From: Chloroflexota bacterium
Lineage (GTDB): Bacteria > Chloroflexota > Anaerolineae > Aggregatilineales > J027
Assembly: GCA_024434115.1 (NCBI GenBank)
Contig: QMIT01000006.1
Span: forward strand, 202,211 to 266,210
DNA: 64,000 bases
Reading direction: 5' to 3'
This document shows positions 18,281 through 27,138 of this stretch, in pieces. Below the pieces are notes generated by a model that was given only the letters and a program-made list of their open reading frames with translations, made no database searches and was not told the DNA's origin. Every line of letters begins with the position of its first letter. Position 1 is the stretch's first letter. A program made the position numbers and the translations under genes.

Positions 18281-19582
18281 ATGGTAGGCACAGAATTAGC
18301 TCTGTTTATCATGATTGGGGCGCTTTCGATCCTTGCCGCCGTCATGATGCTGATTAGTGAAAATGCCATACACAGTGCATTGTTTCTTATTATAAACTTT
18401 GCGTGTGTGGCGTTTCTCTATCTGATGCTCAATGCACCGTTCCTGTTTGCCGTGCAAATTACGGTCTATGCAGGCGCAATCATGGTCTTATTTCTATTCG
18501 TGATCATGTTGATGGGTGCCGAGCGTGTTTTACCCCAAGAGACACAGCGCTTTCCATGGCTGGCTCCTGCCACACTTGGCGTCACGATGGTGATTTTGTT
18601 TGTAGCGGGTCTCGCCATTATCCGCAGCGATCTTGATACCAGCGAACCCGAACCTGCCGAACCCATTTTCCGTTTTGTTCACGCTGCCGCCGGAACCGAC
18701 GCGGTAGATGTCTATATTGACGGCGAAAAGGTGGTCTCGGATCTGCTCTATCGGGAAGCCTCCGATTTTGAGGAATTCCCAGCCGGCAGTTACACCGCGC
18801 AGGTCGTTCCACATGAGGCCGAACTGCTCCCAGAAAATATCGTGTTGGAAACCCCGGTTTTTCTGGCAGGTAATGGCGTCCTCTCGTACGTTTTGACTGC
18901 CGATGCTGCCAATGGCGGAGTACAGGCGTTGCAAGTTGAGGGGCGCATTGACCCGAACGACGAAAAAGATATTGCCCGCCTAACGGTGGTTCATGCAATT
19001 CCGTGTGCGGATGGCACAACCACTTGCTCGATTGAAGTCGCGGACATCACCGAACCCGGTGACGACCCGATGGTGCTGGTCAAGAGTCTCGATTATGGTC
19101 AAGCCGCCCATTTTGAAATCAAAGAGGGCGAATATACCCTAGCGTCCTATCCTCAAGGTGACATTCGCGCAGCGATTGATGAACGCGGCGACGGTGATGA
19201 AAAACTTGACCTAGATGCGCTGGTACAGGTAGACGAAAAAGTCATTGACCAAAATACCGGGGTGTTGTGGGTTGTCACCCAAGATACGACGGGTGGCACA
19301 ATCCGTCCCAAAATTTTGTGGTTCGCGCTGGATAACAATCCCGATTTTGGTAGTGGAGAGGGGATAGGCCAACTCTTGTTTACCGATTACCTGCTGCCAT
19401 TTGAAGTGATCGGCTTGCTGCTGCTGACGGCGATGGTCGGGGTGATTGTATTGACCAAACAACATGAAACACCCAAGAAGCCGCGTTTCCGCCGTCGGAT
19501 GGCAAATGTTCCCGGCAACCCAACGGTTGAAGAATATATGCAGTCCTTACGCAAGAATCCAGCCGATAGCAGCGGTGATTAA
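18281..19582 (+). CDS. nuoJ: NADH-quinone oxidoreductase subunit J carrying a large DUF4397-like insertion
   Basis: NuoJ TM1-4 (aa 1-114) and the conserved [22 protein letters not shown] segment (aa ~365-390) are separated by ~245 aa. 433 aa against ~170-210 typical. Confidence 0.85.
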   Translation: MVGTELALFIMIGALSILAAVMMLISENAIHSALFLIINFACVAFLYLMLNAPFLFAVQITVYAGAIMVLFLFVIMLMGAERVLPQETQRFPWLAPATLGVTMVILFVAGLAIIRSDLDTSEPEPAEPIFRFVHAAAGTDAVDVYIDGEKVVSDLLYREASDFEEFPAGSYTAQVVPHEAELLPENIVLETPVFLAGNGVLSYVLTADAANGGVQALQVEGRIDPNDEKDIARLTVVHAIPCADGTTTCSIEVADITEPGDDPMVLVKSLDYGQAAHFEIKEGEYTLASYPQGDIRAAIDERGDGDEKLDLDALVQVDEKVIDQNTGVLWVVTQDTTGGTIRPKILWFALDNNPDFGSGEGIGQLLFTDYLLPFEVIGLLLLTAMVGVIVLTKQHETPKKPRFRRRMANVPGNPTVEEYMQSLRKNPADSSGD

Positions 19583-19592
19583 AGGGAAGGTT

Positions 19593-19907
19593 ATGGATAA
19601 GCCAGAAGTCGCTACCGAATTATATGTATTGTTGAGCGCGGTGTTGTTTACCCTCGGCTCAATGGGTGTGCTGCTGCGTCGGAATGCCATCTTGATTTTC
19701 ATGTCCATTGAGTTAATGCTGAACTCAGCGAACTTGGCGCTGGTGGCCTTTGCACGCCAGTGGAATCAGATGGATGCACATTTGATGGTGTTTTTTGTGA
19801 TGACCGTCGCTGCTGCCGAAGTTGCAGTCGGGTTGGCCTTAATTGTCACCATCTACCGCACCAGACAAAGCACCGATGTGGACGATTTACATGCGTTGCA
19901 GGGTTAA
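19593..19907 (+). CDS. nuoK: NADH-quinone oxidoreductase subunit K
   Basis: 104 aa, three TM segments, conserved [11 protein letters not shown] and [10 protein letters not shown] motifs. ATG 19593 has an AAGGGAAGG SD; the track ORF start at 19464 lies inside nuoJ. Confidence 0.92.
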   Translation: MDKPEVATELYVLLSAVLFTLGSMGVLLRRNAILIFMSIELMLNSANLALVAFARQWNQMDAHLMVFFVMTVAAAEVAVGLALIVTIYRTRQSTDVDDLHALQG

Positions 19908-19939
19908 TCCGGTAATTCAGAACGGGGCCTCGTAAATTT

Positions 19940-22345
19940 ATGGAAGGTTTTTATTCTGCGGTTTCATTGGTAGTCATTGTCCCTTTGCTGGGGATGCTGA
20001 CCAACCTCTTTTTTGGCAAAAAGCTAGGGGAAAAAGGCGCCGGATTCATCGCGGTCAGTGCCAGCGCATTTGCGTTTGTCGTCGCGCTGATTTTATGGGC
20101 CACGCTGGTGGATCAACACTACGAACCTGCCATCGTCAACGCCCCGCTGATTCATTCGTGGATTTCTATCCCATCAGCAGGTATTGATATTCCTTGGCAG
20201 TTCCGTGTAGACACCCTCAGCGTCACCATGATGTTGGTGGTGACCGGGGTCGGAACGCTCATCCACATTTATGCTACTGGCTATATGCACGGGGATGAAC
20301 GGTTCCCGCGCTTTTTTGTCTATCTCAATTTGTTCTTGGTATTCATGCTGATTCTGGTGACGGGCAATAACCTGTTGGTGATGTTCGTCGGCTGGGAAGG
20401 CGTGGGCTTGTGTTCGTTCCTCCTCATCGGCTTCTGGTTTGATAAACCCGGCAAACATCCCACCGAAGGCACAGTTGGCTGGTCGAACAGTAACGCGGCA
20501 CGCAAGGCCTTTATTGTCAACCGTATCGGCGACTTCGGCCTACTGATGGGGATTTTCTTGACCTTCTGGACGTTTGGCACGCTCGATTATTACAAACCCC
20601 ACGAAGTTATCCATCTGGAACATGATGAAGCCCCCCCACCCGTCTTTGCCGTTGAAGGGACGGAAGCGGAAGCCGAGGGCGAACCTACTGGCGAGGCGGC
20701 CCATGCTGAATCTGGCAGTGAGATTCATGGCATTTATACACAGGCCGAACTCTGGTTTGAAGAAGGCAATCACAAAGTTAGTTTTGGTTCAATTGACCTC
20801 GACTTTGATGCCGTTATCACCCTGATTACACTGTTTTTCCTGCTCGGGGCAACCGGCAAGAGTGCCCAAATTCCGCTGTTTGTATGGCTGCCCGACGCGA
20901 TGGCAGGCCCAACCCCCGTCAGTGCGTTGATTCACGCTGCAACGATGGTAACGGCGGGAATCTATATGATGGTGCGGTCAAATTCCTTCTTCTATAACTC
21001 CGACCTCACCTCGTTTGTCGTGACGATTATCGGGATTTCAACCGCCCTTGCCGCTGGGTTTATGGCATTGGGGCAATGGGACATCAAGAAAGTGCTGGCC
21101 TATTCAACCGTCAGCCAATTAGGGTTCATGGTCGCCGCCGTCGGGTTGGGGGCCTATGCCGCTGCGATGTTCCACCTTGTCACCCATGCGTTTTTTAAGG
21201 CCCTGTTGTTCCTCGGCTCCGGCTCAGTCATCCACGCGATGGAGCATGGGCATCACCACGCGCATGAACATGGGCACGATCATGATGAACATAGCGACGA
21301 GCACGATGAACACGCCGAACATGAGGCGCATGACGAACACGCGACCCACACCCATCATGATGACCACGAATTCGACCCTCAAGACATGCGCAATATGGGG
21401 GGTCTGCGAAAACTCAGTGTTACCTTCTGGACATATCTCGTCGGTGGGTTAGCACTAGCGGGTATCTTCCCATTCGCGGGCTTCTGGTCAAAAGATGAAA
21501 TCATCGCTGATGCCTTTACTGTCGGTTTTGATGAGGGTGAACTCAAGGGGTATCTAGCCATCGCTGTATTACTCGCCGCCGCTGCGATGACCGCCTTCTA
21601 TACATGGCGTCAAATTTGTCTTGTGTTTTTTGGCAAGCCGCGTACCGCCGCCGCTGAACATGCCCCCGAAAGTTCAGCCTTGATGACAACCCCGCTGGCG
21701 ATTTTAGCGATAGGGACGTTCCTCATTGGGTTCATCATTAACGCACCAAAGGGCTTCCCGATTTTTGGCTGGATGTTTGGAGAACACCGCTTCACCTTGT
21801 TCCTTGAAGAAAGTGTCATCCACGCTCACGCCGGGTCGTTCAATTGGTTTATGGCAATTCTAGCGACGGGTATCGCCCTAGCCATGATTGGCATTGCGGA
21901 CTCGATCTATCGTAAGCCAATGCCCATTCCGATGGAACAAGACCCATTGGAAGAAAATCCGCAGACCCAACCCTTGTTTGCGCTCTCAAACGCCAAACTC
22001 TATTGGGACGAGGCTTATTTCAAATACATCGTCTATCCCTTCCAAGGGGCAGCGCGATTCCTTGCCAATACCATTGACTGGGATTTCTGGCACAACTTTT
22101 TCCATGACCGCATCATTGGACAAGGCTTCCAAGGAGCGGCAGATGTCATCAGCCAACCGATTGACCGCCAAGTGGTGGACAAAGGGTTTATGTCGCTGGC
22201 AACGGGTGTTTTGGCGGCGGCATCACGGCTGCGTAAGACCCAAACAGGCTATGTGCGTACTTATGCGCTCTCGCTGATGATGGGCGTATTGTTAGTCATC
22301 GTAATTATTCTGTTTCCCACGCTGCGTGATCTGCTGGGAATCTAG
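19940..22345 (+). CDS. nuoL: NADH-quinone oxidoreductase subunit L (with two insertions)
   Basis: Antiporter-like subunit motifs (VGWEGVGLCSFLLIGFW, GKSAQIPLFVWLPDAMAGPTPVSALIHAATMV, AYSTVSQLG). 801 aa against ~610-670 typical. Confidence 0.93.
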   Translation: MEGFYSAVSLVVIVPLLGMLTNLFFGKKLGEKGAGFIAVSASAFAFVVALILWATLVDQHYEPAIVNAPLIHSWISIPSAGIDIPWQFRVDTLSVTMMLVVTGVGTLIHIYATGYMHGDERFPRFFVYLNLFLVFMLILVTGNNLLVMFVGWEGVGLCSFLLIGFWFDKPGKHPTEGTVGWSNSNAARKAFIVNRIGDFGLLMGIFLTFWTFGTLDYYKPHEVIHLEHDEAPPPVFAVEGTEAEAEGEPTGEAAHAESGSEIHGIYTQAELWFEEGNHKVSFGSIDLDFDAVITLITLFFLLGATGKSAQIPLFVWLPDAMAGPTPVSALIHAATMVTAGIYMMVRSNSFFYNSDLTSFVVTIIGISTALAAGFMALGQWDIKKVLAYSTVSQLGFMVAAVGLGAYAAAMFHLVTHAFFKALLFLGSGSVIHAMEHGHHHAHEHGHDHDEHSDEHDEHAEHEAHDEHATHTHHDDHEFDPQDMRNMGGLRKLSVTFWTYLVGGLALAGIFPFAGFWSKDEIIADAFTVGFDEGELKGYLAIAVLLAAAAMTAFYTWRQICLVFFGKPRTAAAEHAPESSALMTTPLAILAIGTFLIGFIINAPKGFPIFGWMFGEHRFTLFLEESVIHAHAGSFNWFMAILATGIALAMIGIADSIYRKPMPIPMEQDPLEENPQTQPLFALSNAKLYWDEAYFKYIVYPFQGAARFLANTIDWDFWHNFFHDRIIGQGFQGAADVISQPIDRQVVDKGFMSLATGVLAAASRLRKTQTGYVRTYALSLMMGVLLVIVIILFPTLRDLLGI

Positions 22346-22366
22346 GTTGCTGGGAGTTATTGACGG

Positions 22367-23902
22367 ATGCAACTCGAAACAACAAGCGTTTCGCTAACAA
22401 GCGTCACTCTCTTTGCGCCGATGGTCGGCTTCTTCATTCTGCTGTTTTTAAACAAGCTGAGTGATGAGCGGATTAAATGGGGGGCGTTGATTACCTCCCT
22501 CATTACCCTCGGCTTCTCCATTTTGCTGCTGGCCCAATTTAAGAGTGACGAAACCGGGCTGCAATCAGAGCACATTGCCGAATGGATTCCCACCTTTGGG
22601 ATTTATTATCATGTCGCGGTAGATGGGGTTAGTATTTGGCTGGTCATGTTGACCACCTTCATCATGCCCCTGTCTATCCTGATTTCCTTTAACATGATCC
22701 ATGAGCGCATCCGGCTCTATTACCTGTTCATGCTGCTCATCGAATTTGCGATGCTCGGTGTGTTCGTAGCGCAGGATATGTTCTTGTTCTACGTGTTCTG
22801 GGAATTGACCCTTGTGCCGATGTATTTCCTTATCGGGATTTGGGGCGGCGAAGAACGACGTTATGCGGCGGTCAAGTTCTTCCTCTACACAATGGCTGGC
22901 TCGATTCTGATGCTGCTGGCGATTTTGTGGCTGGGGAATGAAGCAGACACATTCGACGTGAAGGTGATTACCGAGATGGTGCAAAGCGGCGCGTTGAGCT
23001 TCGGCACCGACACGGAACGCTTGCTGTTCTTGGGTTTCTTCATCGCGTTTGCCATCAAAGTTCCGCTGTGGCCGTTGCACTCATGGCTGCCGGATGCCCA
23101 CGTCCAAGCCCCTACGGCTGGCTCAATCATCCTAGCGGGTATCTTGCTGAAACTGGGGACATACGGGTTGATCCGCTTTAATCTCGGCTTCTTCCCGAAT
23201 GCCGCCGCCGATTTTGCCCCTTGGATTGCGGCCCTCGCCGTCATCGGCATTATTTATGGCGCATGGGTGGCCTACGCCCAAACCGATGTCAAGAAATTGG
23301 TTGCCTATACCTCGGTCAGCCACCTCGGTTTTGTAGTGTTGGGCATTTTCTCGCTGACCAGCAGTGGGGTACAAGGCGCGGTGCTGCAAATGGTGAATCA
23401 CGGCATTAGTACGGGCGGATTGTTCGCACTGGTCGGGATTTTGTATGACCGTCGCCACACCAAAGCGATTAATGCCTTCGGGGGTATCTGGAAGGTCATG
23501 CCTCTGTTCAGTGGTATCGCGTTGGTGATTTCGCTGTCCAGCATGGGTCTACCCAGTTTAAACGGCTTCGTCGGTGAATTCGCCATTCTGCTTGGCTCTG
23601 CCAGTTCAGAAGTCTTGAGCATCTGGTTTACGGCTGTCGCCACCCTCGGTGTGATTTTGGCAGCCGTGTACACCCTGTTCATGTTCAATAAGGTCTTTAT
23701 GGGGCCGCTGGACAAGAAAGAAAATCAGGAACTCGAAGACCTGACATGGAGCAAGAATTGGACGGAACTCGGCGCGTTGGTGCCGCTGGTCATCATGATT
23801 TTTGTGATTGGCCTCTATCCCAGCCCATTCTTTGAATTGATGGATGGCTCGGTTGGACACTTGGTGAATTTTGTCCACACGGTTGCCGTCGCGGGTAAAT
23901 AA
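22367..23902 (+). CDS. nuoM: NADH-quinone oxidoreductase subunit M
   Basis: Antiporter-like motifs (FYVFWELTLVPMYFLIG, KVPLWPLHSWLPDAHVQAPTAGS, AYTSVSHLG). Confidence 0.93.
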   Translation: MQLETTSVSLTSVTLFAPMVGFFILLFLNKLSDERIKWGALITSLITLGFSILLLAQFKSDETGLQSEHIAEWIPTFGIYYHVAVDGVSIWLVMLTTFIMPLSILISFNMIHERIRLYYLFMLLIEFAMLGVFVAQDMFLFYVFWELTLVPMYFLIGIWGGEERRYAAVKFFLYTMAGSILMLLAILWLGNEADTFDVKVITEMVQSGALSFGTDTERLLFLGFFIAFAIKVPLWPLHSWLPDAHVQAPTAGSIILAGILLKLGTYGLIRFNLGFFPNAAADFAPWIAALAVIGIIYGAWVAYAQTDVKKLVAYTSVSHLGFVVLGIFSLTSSGVQGAVLQMVNHGISTGGLFALVGILYDRRHTKAINAFGGIWKVMPLFSGIALVISLSSMGLPSLNGFVGEFAILLGSASSEVLSIWFTAVATLGVILAAVYTLFMFNKVFMGPLDKKENQELEDLTWSKNWTELGALVPLVIMIFVIGLYPSPFFELMDGSVGHLVNFVHTVAVAGK

Positions 23903-23909
23903 CAATCAT

Positions 23910-23936
23910 GGGGTAGTTTTCGGACTATCCCTTTTT
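23910..23936 (+). terminator. Intrinsic-terminator-like hairpin + T5 between nuoM and nuoN
   Basis: GGGGTAGT-tttcgg-ACTATCCC (8 bp including one G-T pair) followed by TTTTT at 23932-23936. It starts 8 nt after the nuoM stop. Confidence 0.45.
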
Positions 23937-23987
23937 CAAATTTTCGATTTAGATTCGGTCAAAATTTCGCAGGGGTAAATAAGGGCT

Positions 23988-25514
23988 ATGTTTTCAACCC
24001 CCACGTTTGATGAATTGAATATTTGGGCCGCGCTGCCCATGATGGCACTGGCTCTTGGCACCTGCATTCTGCTGGTTGCCGACCTGTTCATTCCCAAAGA
24101 TAAAAAGGTCTATACAGCGGCATTGGCAGGCATAGGTTTGGGCGTTTCGCTTTTGATTGCCCTGCTCCAAGCGTCGGGTGTCGAAATCGGCGATAAACCC
24201 ACCGCCTTTGAGGGTATCTTTGTAGTAGACCAGTTCACCCATGTGGTGAATGTCATTTCCCTCATGGCAGGCATCATTGGCATTATGGTGTCGTATGATT
24301 ATCTCGAACGCACCGGTACAGAACGCGGCGAATTTTACACCCTGATACTCTTCAGTACACTCGGTGCGATGCTGATGGGGTCGTCCCGCAATTTGGTGAT
24401 GATCTTTATCGCCCTCGAACTGCTCTCGATTCCGTTGTATATCCTCTCCGGGTTCCGCCGTCCCATGCTGGAAAGCGAAGAAAGCGCCATGAAATATTTC
24501 TTGCTCGGCGCGTTCTCATCCGGCTTTCTGGTCTACGGCATCGCCCTAATTTATGGCGCGACAGGTAGCTTTGAATTGGTCAACGTCTGGCAGACCGCCG
24601 TTGATATTCTCGAAGGTGAAGGCGCGGGTCAATTTACCCTGCTGATTGGCATTGCTATGGTGCTAATCGCGCTCGGTTTCAAGGTCGGGGCGGTGCCGTT
24701 CCATATGTGGCAACCTGATGTGTATCAGGGTGCGCCTACCCCCGTGACCGCCTTCATGAGCGTCACCGCCAAAACAGGTGGATTTGCCGCCATGCTGCGT
24801 GTACTAGTAACGGGTCTTGCCGTCGTATCCGCCTCACAGGGCAAAGCCATTGATGTCTGGCAGGATTCGGTGCAGGTCATCGCGGTCTTGACCCTGATTT
24901 TAGGCAATTTTGTTGCCATCACCCAAACCGACCTCAAGCGTATGCTGGCCTATTCGAGCATCGCGCACGGCGGGTACATCCTGATTGCGATTGCAGCCGG
25001 GGGTACGTTCGGCGTTGGGGATAGCTCCGCCCAAGCCGCGCTGGTCTATCTGATGGCCTATACCTTTACCAACATTGGGGCATTTGCGGTGGTAATCGCG
25101 TTGGAACGCAGCGAACGCAACACCATTACTCTGAACGATACCAAAGGTCTGGCCCAGCACAGCCCTCTGCTTGCCGCCGCCATGACCATTTTTATGCTCA
25201 GTCTGACAGGTGTGCCGTTAACCGCCGGGTTCATTGGCAAATTCTTTGTGTTTAAGGCCGCGCTGGAAGCCAATCTTGAAGTCTTGGCGGTCATCGGTGT
25301 GTTGGCGAGTGTCGTCTCGGCATACTACTATCTACGCATCATCGTGAATATGTATATGGTCGAAGGTGATGCCCACCCGGTTTCTGAGAAACAACCGCTG
25401 GCCCTTCGTTCGGCCCTTTGGCTAACGGCAATGGGCACCTTGATTCTGGGGATTCTGCCCTATATCATGACCGACCTTGCCCGCGATGTCACACTGGCGA
25501 TTGTAGGCCGATAA
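23988..25514 (+). CDS. nuoN: NADH-quinone oxidoreductase subunit N
   Basis: Antiporter-like motifs (ALELLSIPLY, KVGAVPFHMWQPDVYQGAPTPVTAF, AYSSIAHGG). Last gene of the nuo series. Confidence 0.93.
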   Translation: MFSTPTFDELNIWAALPMMALALGTCILLVADLFIPKDKKVYTAALAGIGLGVSLLIALLQASGVEIGDKPTAFEGIFVVDQFTHVVNVISLMAGIIGIMVSYDYLERTGTERGEFYTLILFSTLGAMLMGSSRNLVMIFIALELLSIPLYILSGFRRPMLESEESAMKYFLLGAFSSGFLVYGIALIYGATGSFELVNVWQTAVDILEGEGAGQFTLLIGIAMVLIALGFKVGAVPFHMWQPDVYQGAPTPVTAFMSVTAKTGGFAAMLRVLVTGLAVVSASQGKAIDVWQDSVQVIAVLTLILGNFVAITQTDLKRMLAYSSIAHGGYILIAIAAGGTFGVGDSSAQAALVYLMAYTFTNIGAFAVVIALERSERNTITLNDTKGLAQHSPLLAAAMTIFMLSLTGVPLTAGFIGKFFVFKAALEANLEVLAVIGVLASVVSAYYYLRIIVNMYMVEGDAHPVSEKQPLALRSALWLTAMGTLILGILPYIMTDLARDVTLAIVGR

Positions 25515-25541
25515 AAGCCGCTAAAATTTGGGTGGTGGCGT

Positions 25542-26060
25542 ATGAGCAATATAGTGATTGGTGAACCGCTGGCTTCACGGTTACGGGCGCTGGCGGAACA
25601 AAAACATCAAGCATTAGAGGAATTTCTCGAAACGCTCATTGAAGCCTCCGAAAAAGATGCACTGCCGCCACCCTATAACCCCGATTATCCCTCCCGCCCC
25701 GCTGAGAGCCTAACAGACGACGATATAGACCTGCCAGATAAAGTTGAAGATGTGGAAGCGTATCGGGCGGCTGTGCGGGCCATGCGACCCAAGCTGTATG
25801 AAAAAGCCCGCCGCTATTGGCAGAAAATGGGGGATACCGACAAACTGGCCCTCACTGATGAGCAGTTAGATAAGGTGTTTTGGCTCATTGATGCTGAGGG
25901 CATTCCCCGCTTCAAATCCGAAAAAGGGACGATTGTTATCCCCCCCGATCCATTTGATGACATCATGGGCATTTTTGATGATGACATCTCGGATTTATCC
26001 TCTACGGTAAACGAATCCGTCGCCGAATATTTCCGCCAAAAACATGACCGTACTGATTGA
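25542..26060 (+). CDS. Putative antitoxin (unusually long, 172 aa) paired with the PIN toxin
   Basis: Its end overlaps the following PIN gene by 17 nt. The N-terminus is RHH/CopG-like by eye (NIVIGEPLASRLRALAEQKHQALEEFLETLIE). Acidic C-terminus. The family call is weak. Confidence 0.5.
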   Translation: MSNIVIGEPLASRLRALAEQKHQALEEFLETLIEASEKDALPPPYNPDYPSRPAESLTDDDIDLPDKVEDVEAYRAAVRAMRPKLYEKARRYWQKMGDTDKLALTDEQLDKVFWLIDAEGIPRFKSEKGTIVIPPDPFDDIMGIFDDDISDLSSTVNESVAEYFRQKHDRTD

Positions 26061-26457
26061 TACCAGTTTCCTCGTGGCGGTGGCCTTCCGCAAAGACAAC
26101 AATCACGAAGCGGCAAAAGCAGCTTTGCGAGAGTTGGGAGAACTACGCCTTATCCCCGTCGTGGTATTACCGGAAATGTTTTATATGCTGGCGACCAGAG
26201 CCGATTATGCAGCTGCCGCAACCATGTTTAATCGTATTAGAACGGGAGCTTTTCAGATTGAATCCCTGACTAAATCAGACATGGCTCGTATGGAAGAAAT
26301 AATGGGACAATATCGAGATAACCGCTTTGATTTCGTGGATACTGTAATTATGGCAATGGCGGAACGGCTCAATATTGAGGATATTTACACCTTTGACCGC
26401 CGTGATTTTTCGGCTTTTCGCCCGCAACATTGCTCCTATTTGAGATTACTGCCGTAA
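26044..26457 (+). CDS. vapC: PIN-domain ribonuclease toxin (VapC family)
   Basis: 137 aa. PIN acidic residues in the expected spacing (LIDTSF, LPEMFY, FVDTV, TFDRRDF). Confidence 0.8.
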   Translation: MTVLIDTSFLVAVAFRKDNNHEAAKAALRELGELRLIPVVVLPEMFYMLATRADYAAAATMFNRIRTGAFQIESLTKSDMARMEEIMGQYRDNRFDFVDTVIMAMAERLNIEDIYTFDRRDFSAFRPQHCSYLRLLP

Positions 26458-26548
26458 TCAAAAATAACTCCCGCCCATCTTGGCAATAGCAATAAGACCC
26501 GCTATGCTTTATCTGTGTTGTTGATAGACCTGCCACGAAGAGTCAAAG

Positions 26549-26770
26549 ATGAAACACGAACGCATCACAGTCAATCCGCGTGTCATGGTAGGCAAGCCTG
26601 TCATTAGAGGGACACGCCTGCCTGTTGAACAGATTTTGCGCGAACTGGGTGACGGCCTAACCATCAGTGAACTGATTGAGGCTCATCCGCGCCTGACCCC
26701 TGATGATATTTACGCAGCGATTGCCTATGCCGCCGATACAGAGATTATCAATGACCAGCGCATCCTTTAA
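26549..26770 (+). CDS. DUF433 domain protein
   Basis: 73 aa; ITVNPRVMVGKPVIRGTRLPVEQIL ... PRLTPDDIYAAIAYA is the DUF433 signature as I recall it. Confidence 0.7.
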   Translation: MKHERITVNPRVMVGKPVIRGTRLPVEQILRELGDGLTISELIEAHPRLTPDDIYAAIAYAADTEIINDQRIL

Positions 26771-27059
26771 TGTTACCGAAACCCACATCACCAAAACGCC
26801 CAAAATTGCAGGCGGCAAAGCCTGTATCGCGGGTCGGCGTATCCGTGTCCAAGATGTTTATGTGTGGCATGAGTACGAAGGCATGAGTGCCGACGAAATT
26901 GCCAATGAGTACAATTTGTCATTGGCCCAAGTCTATGCGGCCCTTACCTATGCTTTCGATCACCTAGACGAAATTCAAGCAGATATCCGGCAAAGTGAAA
27001 CAACTTATCAAGCGACCAAACAGCACTTTCCCTCGAAATTACCCCATAGCAAGTCTTAG
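26751..27059 (+). CDS. DUF433 domain protein (second, tandem copy)
   Basis: ITKTPKIAGGKACIAGRRIRVQDVY ... YNLSLAQVYAALTYA. ATG 26751 overlaps the previous gene by 20 nt; track start 26703 rejected. Confidence 0.7.
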   Translation: MTSASFNVTETHITKTPKIAGGKACIAGRRIRVQDVYVWHEYEGMSADEIANEYNLSLAQVYAALTYAFDHLDEIQADIRQSETTYQATKQHFPSKLPHSKS

Positions 27060-27081
27060 GCTGATCGGGCAGCATTTCAAG

Positions 27082-27113
27082 CTAGATTCAACATGGCGGC
27101 TTTAGCCCCCTGT
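27082..27113 (+). repeat. Copy C of the CTAAATTCAGCACGG-hairpin repeat family
   Basis: CTAGATTCAACATGG-C-GGC-TTTA-GCC-CCCTG, 26 nt from the xseA stop (minus strand). Confidence 0.6.
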
Positions 27114-27138
27114 ACACTCATCAACATTGAAATTTGCT

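Noticed and set aside
8196-25294. Numerous 60-300-aa antisense or out-of-frame ORFs across the nuo operon in the track (e.g. 8196..8777 -, 14770..15663 -, 22565..23080 -)
   Set aside because: They are shadow ORFs overlapping strongly supported nuo genes on the opposite strand or in another frame. They have no motifs and skewed low-complexity composition.
27060-27138. Looked for xseB (exonuclease VII small subunit) downstream of xseA
   Set aside because: Only 79 nt separate xseA from the next gene, with no ORF of suitable size. xseB must be elsewhere. This is common and not considered noteworthy.
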